In this document: one piece after another, positions 14,745 to 30,996 of the stretch
Numbering within the stretch: the first letter of the stretch is position 1
How the letters are laid out: each line of letters opens with the position of its first letter
NCBI GenBank assembly: GCA_964016885.1
Contig: OZ024741.1
Location: 378,758,001 to 378,822,000 of the forward strand
Length of the DNA stretch: 64,000 nt
Direction of reading: 5' to 3'
DNA from: Eledone cirrhosa
Lineage: Eukaryota
Made by a program: the position numbers and the translations under genes
The notes under the pieces: generated by a model
What the model was told of the DNA's origin: nothing
The model's database searches: none
The model's input: the letters and a program-made list of their open reading frames with translations, nothing else

Positions 14745-15012
14745 TAGTCAATCAAAATTCTTTCGTTTCACCTATGTGACATCGTCAGTGGTAATATTAG
14801 GTTTCCTCCTGTTGTATTGTAATGCATACGCCATATCTATTTAATTAAGAGACAGAGGCAGAAATAAATAAGTTAAGCAATTAAGTATGGAGATTTAGAT
14901 GATACAGAACCGAAAACTAACCCAAACAAAACATTGTGTTCTATTATTATTTCTGGCAATTTTATAACAATATGACCCTCCGCAAATATTAAGAAAAAAA
15001 ATCTGTTTCATC

Positions 15013-15016
<4 letters not shown>
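14741..15016 (-). mobile_element. PLE terminal fragment with degenerate HHR
   Basis: Minus strand CTGACGA-TGTCAC..GTGA-AAC-GAAA; related motif at 5750-5780 (-); flanked by (TA)n. Confidence 0.5.
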
Positions 15017-15089
<73 letters not shown>

Positions 15090-15444
15090 TATATATGTAT
15101 GTCTGAAGTCATTCCGTCGGAAATGTCCAGGAAAAAAGAGTGCTCTATGTAGGTTGCATAGCTTAATAGTTATATAATAAATAATACACATACATATATA
15201 CATGTATGTATATATGTGTGTGTATGTATATATGTGTGTGTGTGTGTGTCTGTGCATGTGTGTTTATTTTTCCTTTCCTTCTTCCTTTTCCAGCCTCACT
15301 TTCATATAGATTATATATTTTTTTTTAAATCCAATGTCAATAAATACACCAGGTTATTTTTCATTCTGATGATTGAAAGCTAAATTTGTTTCCTTTCAAG
15401 AAACCACTGGCAAATGAAATAATTACCTTATGTTGTTTAATACA

Positions 15445-15494
<50 letters not shown>

Positions 15495-15500
15495 TATATA

Positions 15501-18500
15501 TATTATTTCAAAATATTAACAAAATAGATATTCTTGTGATATTTTATTATTCATATTTCAGAGGTAATGAGTTAAGTTTAACAATACGTCCTCATTAAAT
15601 AAAATAGGATGATGCATGTCATACCCTGACATATTAGGTGGTTAAGATTCAGTCATGGTAGTGATTAACATATGACAAATCTCAATATGTATACCCAAAT
15701 ATTGAGAACATGAGATAACATAATACAAACAATAGAGAGGGTGCGTGTAATACAGCTTCAAAAATAAATGGCATCAATACAACAGTTAAAAAAATGTTTC
15801 TAAAAACTACTGAAGAAAGAGGATGGAAAGGAAAGGATAGAGGAAGAAACAGCTGTTGTGATAATATATTTAATAGGTGGCTCGAGAAAACAAATCAAAG
15901 ATAATTAAAGAGAGAGAGAGAGAGACAAAGGGGTGTAATGTATGTTCAAGTTTATGTACAATTTTCCATATTAATATAGTTGGCCGTTAATATTGAAAGT
16001 ATTTAATCTAAGTTATTTCAGAGTAATGAATAATATTTTAGGTTTTAAAGGTTAATAGGTATTTATATTAATATTATAATTATGTTTAATTTTTAAAATT
16101 CAAATTTTATGAAAAGAAATTTAAAGGATTTACGAAAGACAAGAAAGAAAATATATAATGCTTTTATACCCTCACGAACGTAACCTTTATCAACATTATT
16201 TATAATATTGACAACTGTTTATATAATACAATTCATAAAATAATTATATTTATAATTATTAAAGAATTTATTGTTAAATAGTTTGAGTGCCTAAAGGATC
16301 AACCGTCCTTATAACTAAACTTAAAGAAGTATGAATTTGTTATTATATATATGTGTTGATCAAAACATATACAAGGATTATAGTTTATTATTTGTTTATA
16401 ATTGAGGTAAAACCTTTCAAATATATATAATATAATACAATAATATAATATAGTAAATAAGTTACTGAAAATATTGTTGACAAAATATATATAGTTAAAA
16501 CATATTGTTAAAAAATATTGTTAAAAAATTAATGTTTTATATCAATTATTTTCATTTAGTTGATATACACTATACACATATAAGTCAAAACTACATGAAT
16601 CCTAAAGATAGGGCATAGATACTAAGTAAATATAGAAATAAAAGATAAAGAATTTTTTGCGAAACTTGAATATGCCCAATATTAAAAATATATTATATAT
16701 GTAATGGCGTTTAAATATAGTAGACAAAAGATACATCTAAAATATTTTAGCGAATGTGATAGAAAGAGGAGCTAAGTATTTAAAAAAGCCGAAGGTAATC
16801 TAAATTTAATTAAAATAAAATAAGATGAATTAAATTATATTATATTAAATAAAAATCATTATATGAATTCGAACTTCCTGGGAATATCAACACTTATAAC
16901 AATATAGAGTCATTTGAGTGTCTAAAATATTTCATAAATGTAACTATGAATATGTTATTACACTAGATAAAGATATTTGTACAACTATATAGATATATTA
17001 TTATATGTATTAATGAAAAGGTTTACATTTATTAAATAGATAATTATAATCATTATTAGTAATGCTATAATTGTAGTTGTACCTCCAGTTGAGTGGAGAG
17101 AGCGACCAATATTTGTCGACTATTATGGTTTGATACATTTATACGTAGATATATATATAAAAAATGCAAATCTAACTTTCTGAGAAATTAAACTGTCTTA
17201 TTCTACAACTATGAATATGGCCCAAAACATCTCTAATCTAAATAGTATAATTCAAAATCAACATAATGCTATTAATAATAGTGTTAATATAAATAATAAT
17301 TAATCGAAATGTAATTGTAGAAATAAACCAGATTGCCCTCTGCAAAATAATTGTCTGGATAGAAATCTGGTGTATAAATGCACCGTAAAACAAATAACAA
17401 CACATACAACTACATAGAAGCAACTTCTTCGACATTTAAATCGAGATTTGCGAATCACAAATGCTCATTTTCGAATGTTAATAGGAGGTCTTCGACTTCT
17501 TTATCACGTCTTATATGGTCATTAAAAGACAAAAAATTTAAAATACTCGATCTTTTGGACGATGCTTTGTAATAGTAAAAAATATACGAACTCATCTATA
17601 TCAACTAGCTGCAACCTCTGCATAAAGGAGACCCTATTAATAATAACTAATTATGAAAACTTTATTAACAAAAAAAGTTAATTATTCTCAAACTGCCTTC
17701 ATAAAGCTTTGTCTACATTCCAAGCCTCGCAAAAGATCAGCAAAAAACACTAAACAACCAGGCCTTATGTTTGACGTCTCTTATCAACTGTTGGACCTAA
17801 AAAGTGATAACGGTGTATAAAACTTTAATTATGCTTTATGTTCTAACCTTTTATGATAGAATTAATGTTAGAATGAATGATACTCTAATGATAACTTTTT
17901 TACTTGATAAATAGGCATATATTGTGTTTTTTTTTTGGATATTTAAAATTTTGATTCAGATCTTTATTTAATCTTTCTCTGTTCTAAATATACAATATGG
18001 ATATTTAACTTGCAAATTTACTGATTATAATCGAACTGTGGATCATTCATGCGTTTGCATATTTTACATATTTTACTCATTTTGAGTATGTTTTTGGGGT
18101 CTCAGAAAGTTAGATTTGCATTTCGTTGCATATATCTAGGTATAAATATATCTAACCATAATAGTCGACAAATATTGGTCTCTCTCTCCACTGAACTGGA
18201 GGTACAACTACAATTATAGCATTACAGATAATGATTATAATTATTTATTTATTAAATGTATACCGTTTAATTAATACCTATAATAGTATCTCTATATAGC
18301 TGTACACATATATTTATCTAGTGTAATAACATACTCGTAGTTACATTTATAAAATATTTTAGTTACTCAAATGACTATATTTTTATAAGTGTTTGATATT
18401 CCCATGAAGTTCGAATGTATATGATGATTTTTACTTAATATAATATAATTTAATTTATCATATTTTATTTTAATTAAATTTAGATTACCTTCGCCTTTGT

Positions 18501-19828
18501 CAAATACTTAGCTCCTCTTTCTATCACATTCGCTAAAAATATTTTAGATGTATCTTTTGTCTACTATATTAAAACCCTATAACATTTATAATATATTTTT
18601 AATATTGGACATATTCAAGTTTCGCAAACAATTCATTATCTTTTATTTGTATATTTACATTGTATCTCGCTCCTATCATTAGGATTCATGTTGTTTTGAC
18701 TTATATGTGTATAGTGTATGTCAACTAAATGAAAATAATTGATATAAAACATTGATTTTTTAACAATATTTTTTAACAATATTTTTTAACTATATATATT
18801 TTATGAACAATATGTTCAGTAACTTATTTACTATATTATATCATTGTATTATACTATATATATTTGAAAGGTTTCACCTCAATTATAAACAAATAATAAA
18901 CTATAATCCTTGCATATGTTTTGATCAACACATATTTTTAATAACAAATTCAGACTTCTTTAAATTTAGTTATAAGGCCGATTCTTTAATAATTATAACT
19001 AGAATTATTTTATGAATTGTATTATATAAACTGTTGTCAATATTATAAATCATTTTGATAAAGGTACCTTCTTGAGGGTATAAAAGCATTACATATTTTC
19101 TTTTTTGTGTTTCGTAAATCCTTTAAATTTCTTTTCATAAAATTTGAATTTTAAAAATTAAACATAATTATAATATTAATATCTATTAACTTTTAAAACC
19201 TAAAATATTATTCAGTTCTCTAAAATAACTTAGATTAAATATTTTGAATATTAACGGCCAACTATATTAATATGGAAAATTGTACATATACTTGAACATA
19301 AATTACTCCCTGTTGTCTCTCTCTCTTTAATCATCTTTCATTTGTTTTCTCGAGCCACCTATCAAATATATTATCACATCAGCTGTTTCTTCCTCTATCC
19401 TTTCCTTTTCCTCCTCTTTCTTCAGTAGTTTTTAGAAACAATTTTTTAACTGTTATATTGATGCCATGTATTTTTTAAGCTGTAGTAGACGCACCGCCTC
19501 CATTGTTTGTATTATGTTATCTCATGTTCTCAATATTAGTGTATAAATATTGAGATTTGTCATATGTTAATCAATACGATGACTGAATATTAACCATCTA
19601 CTATGTCAGGGTAAGTCATGCATCATCCTATTTTATCTGATGAGGACGCACTGTTAAACTTAACTCACTATCTCTGAATATGTATAATAAAATATAATTG
19701 TTCACAAGAATATCTATTTTGTTAATATTTTGAATTAATATTAATAACTCTGGAAAACCTTTTTACAGTTGAGTGCTTCCATCTATTGTAAAACTCATTC
19801 TTTGATGTATTGATTGAAACTTGTTTAA

Positions 19829-19833
<5 letters not shown>
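15501..19833 (+). mobile_element. 5'-truncated Naiad-type PLE (17186-19833) with a ~1.7-kb inverted copy of its 3' region (15501-17185)
   Basis: 15501-17185 is the diverged reverse complement of 18100-19740; GIY-YIG remnant in the spacer; HHR at 19629-19694; (TA)n flanks. Confidence 0.88.
17186..17753 (+). pseudogene. PLE Zn-finger plus GIY-YIG endonuclease remnant
   Basis: IKLSYSTT.NM, CNCRNKPDCPLQNNCL, LVYKC, YIEATSSTFKSRFANHK, STSLSRLIW, CNLC. Confidence 0.85.
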
Positions 19834-19859
<26 letters not shown>

Positions 19860-20378
19860 GTTCACGCATTTTTAGTATATGCAGGCATTTAAATGTGTCA
19901 ATATACCTATTAAATTTTAACAGGTTTTTGTACCCCAGAAATCATTTCATATGAATGCATTTATATATTCTAAACAACCACAAGGAAAATGCAATCGAAT
20001 AGTTTAATACATCTTTAATAATATTTTTAGTGCTCAAATTCGTTGTTGTTTACGTTATATATCACTTTATTCACAATGAAGTCGATGAATATGATAAATT
20101 CATATTTGTATTTGTAAAGAATATAGAGAACTGAGACAGCGAAAATTGGGTATATCATTTTACACATTTTTTTTTATATTTAGACCTGCAAACATGACCC
20201 TTTACTCGATGAAATTTGAATACATATCAAACAAAACTAGTTTTCAAGTCTACCTGGCCTCTCCTCAGAAGGCATTGATATAAGCTAAACCATCAATATA
20301 ATATTTACTCATATTTTCTTGTCTCTACAATACTAATTTGTATAATGGCAATACTGGTCTTAGCTATTCACATCACAC

Positions 20379-20440
<62 letters not shown>

Positions 20441-21161
20441 CACACACACATTCCCTTCCATTTTCGTTTTCCTATATATAAGGATATATAATATTAAATC
20501 ATTGATGCATCTGGACTCAGTTTATTGCGTTACTATTGTTTCGCCGGCAGATAGCTCGAGACATGATCATTGTATGGATCTGTCTGATTCAACATCCGCA
20601 AGTTCTTCGGACACAGGCCATACTTTCGGAACGAATTTTCTCACTGGGGTGTTAGCTTAAAAAAACATAGTCCTCTCTTGTCTTGCTAGTGGCTGTTGTT
20701 TATCTACGTCACCATAAATTCTGGTCAATATTTGCTGCCATACTGGCCATCAGCTACTCTCCGTCCGACACACCTCAATGGATTCATGCTAGGTTTGGTA
20801 TTTCACAAGACCGCTCACACACATATATACCCACACATACAGACACGCATATATACACATACACACACACGCTCTCTCTCACACACACCCACACACGTCC
20901 ACAGTCGCTGCCTATATCCTCAAACATCCGCTCTCACACGCACGCACAGGCGCGCACACACACACACACACATACACGCATACAAGGACACATACCTGCG
21001 GACTCGTACATTTGCTCATATACACAAAAAAACGTACATACATATACATAGACACACACACGCACATATACACACCTGTCCTTATAGAGAGGCACAACGA
21101 CATGACACGCTCCCAAAGACACATTCACACATATACATACATATATATATATATATATATA

Positions 21162-23548
21162 TTTAAAAGAATAGAGGTGTAACACACAAGTTATGATATA
21201 TTGGTAAACGGAAAAGAAAATGCTGACAAATTGTTCACAGTGAAAAATAGTTTAATTAGGAATAAGTGAGAATTAGTAATAGTATTGGTTAGTATTCAGT
21301 TTTGGTTTTAAGTTTTACCGGTTGCGCATTTCTAATGCTTTTCAAAAATAATTCTAAGGTAGAGCGTCCGTGATGTTTGGTCTAATCTGATTAGTTTTGG
21401 AAATTCTAATTGTTTTTATGGGAAAAAAGTGGTTCCAGCGGTATTAAAATAAGTTTCGCGCCAATTCATGTTGCAAAAATTCTTGTGGTCAAAACAATTT
21501 TGATTGGTGGGTAGAGGTCATGTGAATGTTAAAAATTGATTTTGCACCAAATGTAGGTTTGTGTTGGCTGATTGAGAAGTCACTGAAAAATAAGTCTTTC
21601 AAAACAAATATGTGTGTGTGTATGTGTGTGTGTAGTAGTAGTAAAGAGGTTCATTGTTGTGATAATGGTCAGCAGGGATGTGTGTGCGAACCGCAGCCTG
21701 TTGACAGTTCAAATGCCTATTAAGACAAGTGTGTGTGTGTGTGTGTAGCAGAGTAATTCGTGGTAGAGGGATGGTCAGTAGGAATGTGTCTGTAAGTGTG
21801 TGGGGGATATGTTAACATGTTAAAATATATTTTTCAGCTCTTGTCTTATACGGAGGAATGTGTGTGTGTGTATGTGTTTGTGTGTATATGTCTCTTTGTA
21901 CGTTAATGTACGCGTGTGTATGTGTGTGTGTATATATGTGTGTGTGTGTGAGAGAATGTGTGTGTGTGTGTGTGTTGGTGGACAGGTATTTATGTTTTGA
22001 TACTGGTAAAATGGTGTACATTATTCGATATTTTCAGTAAAAATGATTCTCGCAATAGAACATCAAAAACCTTAATAATAAAAAATCTGAAATGATATAT
22101 AGTATTGGCATAATACCAAGGTGTGTGTGAGTGTCCAGATTGTACGTACTGCAAGGGGAATCCATTAGGCCTTGACCTATTGGAATACTTGTGTACAAAT
22201 ATGTATGTGCCCATCAGTGTGCAATGCATGTGTGCGTTTATGTATGTGTGTGTGTTGGCACGTTTATATCTATAGATATCAAAAGGTATGCAAATTTGTG
22301 TACATTTGTGTTGCACCATAGAACATGTGTGTTTACGTATGTCATTGTGTTTATATGTGGATAGAGATGTATGCGGATGTAGGTATGTATGTTGGCGTGT
22401 GTATGTTGTGGGTTCGTCTTAGGGAGAAGTGTTTAGACGGGGTCCGTATTTTTAATGAATTAAGATTCCTTGCTGATGCGTTGGGTGTGGGTGGCATTAT
22501 CTTTAAATTTGTAGAGGGCAAAGATTCTGAAGTTGGGATGATTTTGGGCGGCACAGGTATCATTGTGTTCACTCAGTGGTATTTTCCTGTATTCCCGTAT
22601 ATTAATTTGGGATCTATGGACAGTCATGCGTTGGCGGAGGCTGTTTTTGGTCTGGCCTATGTATTGTTCTCGACAACCTGAGCAAGTTAATACATATAAT
22701 AAATTTTCTGATGCGCATGTGAAATTGTGTTTTACTATAAAACGTTGTCCTTCTTCGTAATAGAATTCCGAACCCTCTATTAGGTTGATGCATATGCCAC
22801 AGTTGGGTCTATCGCATTTTTTTACTGTGGGTTTCGTTGTTGTGGTTGGCAGTACTTTGGCATGTGTTAGGATGTTTTTCATTTACTTAGATTGTCTTTT
22901 GCTCTTTATGATATCGTGTGTTCGTAGGATTTGGTTCATTCTATGGTCCTTTTTCAACACAGGTATGTTCTGGAGGATGGCGTCAAAGGCCTCATTGTTG
23001 AGGGGGTTGTGTGTGGAGATGTATGGAAGAGCTTTTAGTTTCCGTTGATTTACTTTAGGGTGTCTAAGGTCCTGGGTACTGAGTTTTAGGGCACGTTGGA
23101 TTCCATTGTCAATTAGTGATGCAGGGTAGTCCCTGCCTATGAGTGTGTCCTTTAGTTCTTGTAGTAGCAGGTGTTTTTATTGGAGACTATAGTACAGATT
23201 CTCTTGGCTAAGTTGTGGGGAATATTAATTTTAACGTGTCTAGGGTGGCAAGAGTTGAAAGGAAGATATTGCTTGGAGTCTGTGGGCTTGTAGTATATGT
23301 CTGTTTCTATTTTTTTTGTTCTGGAACTAAATGAGGATGTCGAGGAAGAGGAGTTGGTTTATGATGGCTGTATTCTATCGTGAAGTTAATATTCGTGTTG
23401 AGCCCATTTATAAGGGTGTGAAATTCTTTAAGTTTCTCGATGATTTTGTGCCAAAGGATGAAGCAGTCATCTAGATATCGCTTCCAGTTCCTTTATATGT
23501 GTGTTTCCAAATTTGTTTAGGACTTTAGTGTAGAGGGTGATTTCCAGG
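21162..23548 (-). mobile_element. 5'-truncated Neptune-type PLE
   Basis: WKRYLDDCF and KPTDSKQYL remnants; ORF 22460-22882 CDRPNCGIC..LLYVLTC..YIGQT; 3' UTR with HHR-like motif at 21313-21348. Confidence 0.9.
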
Positions 23549-24090
23549 TATATATATATATATAGAGGGAGAGAGAGAGAAAGTTGAGGTTGGTAATGGC
23601 ACATGGAATATATAAGAGACAGAATACTTTTTTGTGAAAAAACATATAATTTTATAAGGTAAGGAAATAATAAAGTGTATAAAAAATGACCGGTTTCGAT
23701 GGGTCTGCAAAAGCCATCTTTTCAAATGTTGATTAATATTAAGAAAAATTAATAATACGAAGAGTTAAAATTTGAGATTTGAAAATTCAAGTATAAAATT
23801 CATTGTGGGATTTCATAGTAGTTTTCATCTAGGTAGCAACAACGGGTTGACTGCTGTGTCCCTTTCTGGTAGTGAATGAGAAGTTATTTGGGGTGTGGGT
23901 TATTTTATAAAGGTCAGATTTAGCAATGGCCAACTGGCCAGCTGCTGCTCAGTGAGGGGGTGGAAGCAATATACATACATATATCTTCCTGTGGTGGGTA
24001 GGAGAGTGGAGCGTGATAGAAAGGGATTTAGTGCACTTACACCTATATATACACACATACCTTCATCCACACATACATATACATATACAT

Positions 24091-24174
<84 letters not shown>

Positions 24175-24344
24175 ATATACACACATACATACACACACAC
24201 ATACATATACATACACACACATACACACACACATATATACACATACACATATATATATATATATACACACACACACATATATATACATACACATACATCC
24301 AGATACACGCATACATACACACACACACGCACATATATATATAT

Positions 24345-24392
<48 letters not shown>

Positions 24393-24992
24393 CCACACCC
24401 ACACATGCATACACACACACACATATATATACATACACACATACAAACATACACACACACACACATATATATACACATACACACACATATATATACACTC
24501 ACACACATATATATATATTTATATATATATATACACATACGCATACATCCAGATACACACATACATACACACACACACACGCACACACAATACATACATC
24601 CACATGCACACACATACACACACACACACACATATACACATACATACACCCACACACAGAGAAATGGCCTCCAAATATATATATATATATACATACATAC
24701 ACATATATTTTTTCCATAATATAAGAAGTTGGGACAGTGAAATTAAAATACAAGTCATTCTGATCACATTGAGTTCTTCATGTAGATTGGGCCCCGCAAC
24801 CGACAGTGGTGAATTCTGTGTGCGCATATATATATATAGATATATGTGTGTGCACGTGCAGGGTTTAACATGGATGTGTTGGTCACACAAAGGCATGGTC
24901 TGTCAACGAATAAACCTGATTCTACAGAATTGGTCTCTTGTCTTTAATAGTAGTGATTCCGTGCGTATGTGTGTTTATATTTTATGACAATT

Positions 24993-27462
24993 CTATTGGG
25001 GTGATAACCCGTTTAGTTTTGGTTTAAATTTGTTAAGGAATAGATTTTCTTTGTTTATTCTTTGTTGCTGTGTGAACGAATCTGAGCACTTGTAGAAGGG
25101 GAAGATTTTAAAGTTGGGTAGTGTCATTCCTGCGCAGTTCGCAATATGGCTGCTCAAGGGGATTTTTCTTGTGTTAGCGTCCCGGATTTGTTGGCGGTGG
25201 ATGGTCATTCTTTTGCGTAATGAGGTGCCCGTCTGTTCTATGTAGTTGTGTTTGCACCCACCGCAAGTTATTGCGTAAATCAAGTTCTCCGAGTTGCAGG
25301 TGAAATTGTTTTTTACTGTAAATGTTTGGCCATCTTTGAATGTAAATGTTTGTCCTTCAGTGAGGTAGAGGCACGTGCCACAGTTTGTTCTACCACATTT
25401 GGTAACTGTGGGGTTGGGGATTGGTTTGGGTATATTTGGTCCAGTGAGAATGCGTTTAAGTGATTTGGGTTGTCTTTTACTTTTAAGGATCTTGTGTGTT
25501 TCAAGAATAGACTTCATTTTTACATCTTTAAGTAGGATGGGGAGGTTTTTGTGTAGGTGATCAAACATTTCGGTATTTCTGGGGTTGAAAGTGGATACAT
25601 ATGGCAGGGTGTTGAGTGTGGTTTTCTGTTTTGGATTGTTAAGTTGGTGAGGATTTAGGTGTTTTGCCCTGTCTATTCCAATGTTGATTATTTCAAGTGG
25701 AAAGGCTCTTAAGATAAGGGTGTCTTTTATTTCCTTTAGTCTTTGCTCCCGTTTAGGTGGTTCTGATACTATGGTACATATACGTTTGGCCAAATTGTAA
25801 GGAATGTTAAGTTTTGTATGTTTTGGGTGACTTGATGTGAAAAAGAGGTATTGCTTGGAATCTGTGGGTTTATAGAATATATCTGTATCTAATTTCCCGT
25901 CTATTACAGAGATGAGAATATCCAAGAAGGCTAATTCCTCAGGATTGGATTCCATTGTGAATTGTATGTTATTATCTATGTTGTTTATCATGTTTTTAAA
26001 CGTAATAAGTGAGTTCATGTCTTCTTGCCATAGGATAAAGCAGTCGTCTAGATATCTTTTCCAATTGGCTTTGAGGTGTGTGTGGAAAGAGTCTCCAAAT
26101 AAGAGAAGGGACTGACTGTATATTTGTTGTTCATGGAATCCCATGACTAGGTTGGCATATGTGGGTGCTACCTTCGTGGCCATTGCCGTACCTGATACTT
26201 GTCTGTATGTTGAACCATTGAATGTGAAGTAGTTATTTTGTAGGATAAACCGGAGTCCGTCAGTGATAAAATCTGTGTTGATGCGTGTCGGTATTTCTGA
26301 TGGGTGTGTGTTAAGCCAGTATTGGACTGCTGCCATTCCATAGTTGTGAGGTATGTTTGTGTAGAGGTTTATTACGTCAAAGGAGACAAGAATTGTATTT
26401 GCACTTACTGTTTTAGGGAGGTGTTTCAGCATGTCAAGGTCATCTCGTATGTAGCTCTGTATATGTTGTAGAAAGGGTTTCAGTAGGATGTCCAGAAAGT
26501 TGCTAAGTCTGTGGGTTTCACATGTAGCGCCTGCTATAATTGGCCTGAGTTTTAGGTCTTCTGGTGGAGTTAGTTCAATGTAATTGTTGGTTGAGGTGTC
26601 ACATGCATCGTTTATGGGTTTACATTTGTGGAGTTTCGGTAAGCCGTAAAAAGAGCTTGTATTGCATTTGAAGTGGCTTATATAGCTAAACTCTTTTGTG
26701 GTTAAGCTGTTGCGGTATTTATTCAGTAAGGTCAAAAGGTTCCCCATTGTTTTGGTGTGTTTGTAGTTTTCTGTTTTTTCATAGTATGTATTGTTTTCTA
26801 AAATGTTAAGTGCGAGGGTCCTATAGTAGTCCGTATTCATAATGACAACAGTACTGCCTTTATCGGCTTCTTTGATAGTTATCTCAGGGTTGTTTCTATG
26901 TGTGAATAATTCTTCCCATTCGTGTGTAGATAGGTTTGATTTTGTGTGTTTATTTGTAATTTTTTCATAGGGAAAGTTGATGATGTGTTCGCAGTACGTG
27001 TCCAGTGCTTTATTTCTTCCCTTTTGTGGGCAAAAATTGCTTTTATTTCTAACCAGTGATTCGTCTTCAGTGTTGGTGTCGTTGTGGAAGAATTCCGTTA
27101 GTCGCAGCTTTCGGCAGTATTCCATGATGTCATCCTTCATTTCGGGGAAGTTTGGTTTACGTGGTGTAGGTGTAAATTTCAGGCCCTTACTTAAAATGTG
27201 GATTTGTGTGTTGGTTAGAGGTGTCTTTGAGAGGTTGATTATTTTTGGTTTCTCCTGAGGGGGGGGCGGGCATCGAGTATCCTGGTATTTCAGGCTTTTC
27301 CCTAAAAAAGGAATGTAGTTTTGTGTGTGATTATATTTTGTTGGTCTGTTGCATGTGGGTCTGTAGCTTGTTGTTTCATGAGGGTGAATGTGATGGTGGG
27401 GGTGGTATGTGTTGTGGTTGTTGATGAGCAAGGGTTCTGTTGTTGGTTCATGTGGTCTGGGT
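24993..27462 (-). CDS. PLE reverse transcriptase plus GIY-YIG endonuclease (open frame, 5'-truncated at the inversion)
   Basis: EADKG, FYGLPKLHK, RPII, SFDVINLYTNIP, GTAMAT, RYLDD, FLDI, CGRTNCGTC, LIYAITC..YIEQT. The AMG>AMA and YIG>YIE changes suggest decay. Confidence 0.93.
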
Positions 27463-28046
27463 ATACCGAAATGTTTGATCACCTACACAAAAACCTCCCC
27501 ATCCTACTTAAAGATGTAAAAATGAAGTCTATTCTTGAAACACACAAGATCCTTAAAAGTAAAAGACAACCCAAATCACTGAAACGCATTCTCACTGGAC
27601 CAAATATACCCAAACCAATCCTCAACCCTACAGTTACCAAATGTGGTAGAACAAACTGTGGCACGTGCCTCTACCTCACTGAAGGACAAACATTTACATT
27701 CAAAGATGGCCAAACATTTACAGTAAAAAACAATTTCACCTGCAACTCGGAGAATTTGATTTACGCAATAACTTGCGGTGGGTGCAAACACAACTACATA
27801 GGACAGACGGGCACCTCATCACGCAAAAGAATGACCATCCACCGCCAACAAATCCGGGACGCTAACACAAGAAAAATCCCCTTGAGCAGCCATATTGCGA
27901 ACTGCGCAGGAATGACACTACCCAACTTTAAATTCTTCCCCTTCTACAAGTGCTCAGATTCGTTCACACAGCAACAAAGAATAAACAAAGAAAATCTATT
28001 CCTTAACAAATTTAAACCAAAACTAAACGGGTTATCACCCCAATAG
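27463..28046 (+). pseudogene. Inverted duplicate of the PLE C-terminus (GIY-YIG)
   Basis: Near-identical protein from TEMFDHL to LNGLSPQ; retains YIGQT. Confidence 0.92.
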
Positions 28047-28396
28047 AATTGTCATAAAATATGAACACACATACGCACGGAATCACTACTATTAAAGACC
28101 AGAGACCAATTCTGTAGAATCAGGTTTATTCGTTGACAGACCATGCCTTTGTGTGACCAACACATCCATGTTAAACCCTGCACGTGCACACACATATATC
28201 TATATATATATGCGCACACAGAATTCACCACTGTCGGTTGCGGGGCCCAATCTACATGAAGAACTCAATGTGATCAGAATGACTTGTATTTTAATTTCAC
28301 TGTCCCAACTTCTTATATTATGGAAAAAATATATGTGTATGTATGTATATATATATATATATTTGGAGGCCATTTCTCTGTGTGTGGGTGTATGTA

Positions 28397-28434
<38 letters not shown>

Positions 28435-28497
28435 TGTGGATGTATGTATTGTGTGTGCGCGTGTATGTATGTGTGTATCTGGATGTATGCGTATGTG

Positions 28498-28554
<57 letters not shown>

Positions 28555-28753
28555 ATGTGTATATATATGTGTGTGTATGTGTATATATATGTGTGTGTGT
28601 GTGTATATTTGTAGGTGTGTATGTATATATATGTGTGTGTGTGTGTATGCATGTGTGGGTGTGTGTGTGTATATATATATATATGTGTATATATATATGT
28701 GTGTGTGTGTGTGTATGTATGTGTGTATCTGGATGTATGTGTATGTATATATA

Positions 28754-28784
<31 letters not shown>

Positions 28785-28849
28785 GTGTGTGTGTATGTGT
28801 ATATATGTGTGTGTGCGTGTGTATGTATATGTATGTGTGTGTGTATGTA

Positions 28850-28884
<35 letters not shown>

Positions 28885-29252
28885 GTGTATGTATATGTAT
28901 ATGTATGTATGTGTGGATGAAGGTATGTGTGTATATATAGGTGTAAGTGCACTAAATCCCTTTCTATCATGCTCCACTCTCCTACCCACCACAGGAAGAT
29001 ATATGTATGTATATTGCTTCCACCCCCTCACTGAGAAGCAGCTGGCCAGTTGGCCATATCTAAATCTGACCTTTATAAAATAACCCACACCCCAAATAAC
29101 TTCTCATTCACTACCAGAAAGGGACACAGCAGTCAACCTGTTGTTGCTACCTAGATGAAAACTACTATGAAATCCCACAATGAATTTAATACTTGAATTT
29201 TCAAATCTCAAATTTTAACTCTTCGTATTATTAATTTTTCTTAATATTAATC

Positions 29253-29300
29253 AACATTTGAAAAGATGGCTTTTGCAGACCCATCGAAACCGGTCATTTT
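29253..29300 (+). ncRNA. Minimal HHR, U3-A8 variant (mirror at ~23683-23730, -)
   Basis: TTGAAAA-GATGG/CCATC-GAAA-CCGG-TC; palindromic ACCGGT stem III. Confidence 0.75.
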
Positions 29301-29450
29301 TTATACCCTTTATTATTTCTTTACCTTATAAAATTATATGTTTTTTTCACAAAAAAGTAGTCTGTCTCTTATATATTCCATGTGCCATTACCAACCTCAA
29401 TTTTCTCTATAACCTTCGTTTTGTGTAGAAAATTACACTTTTCATATATA

Positions 29451-30848
<1,398 letters not shown>

Positions 30849-30854
30849 TATATA

Positions 30855-30940
<86 letters not shown>

Positions 30941-30996
30941 CAATATATTAATAAATTGAAGCTATATTTATAAAACCATAATTATTTTATTATATC

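Larger units (their letters stand above)
23570..29445 (-). mobile_element. Near-complete Neptune-type PLE (27462 to 23570) with a ~2-kb inverted copy of its 3' end (27463-29445)
   Basis: 23570-25576 and 27463-29410 are near-identical reverse complements; (TA)n on both flanks. Confidence 0.95.

Noticed and set aside
27321-27482. N-termini of the ORFs 27321..28046 (+) and 24993..27482 (-)
   Set aside because: Both cross the inversion junction at 27462/27463, so their starts are chimeric.
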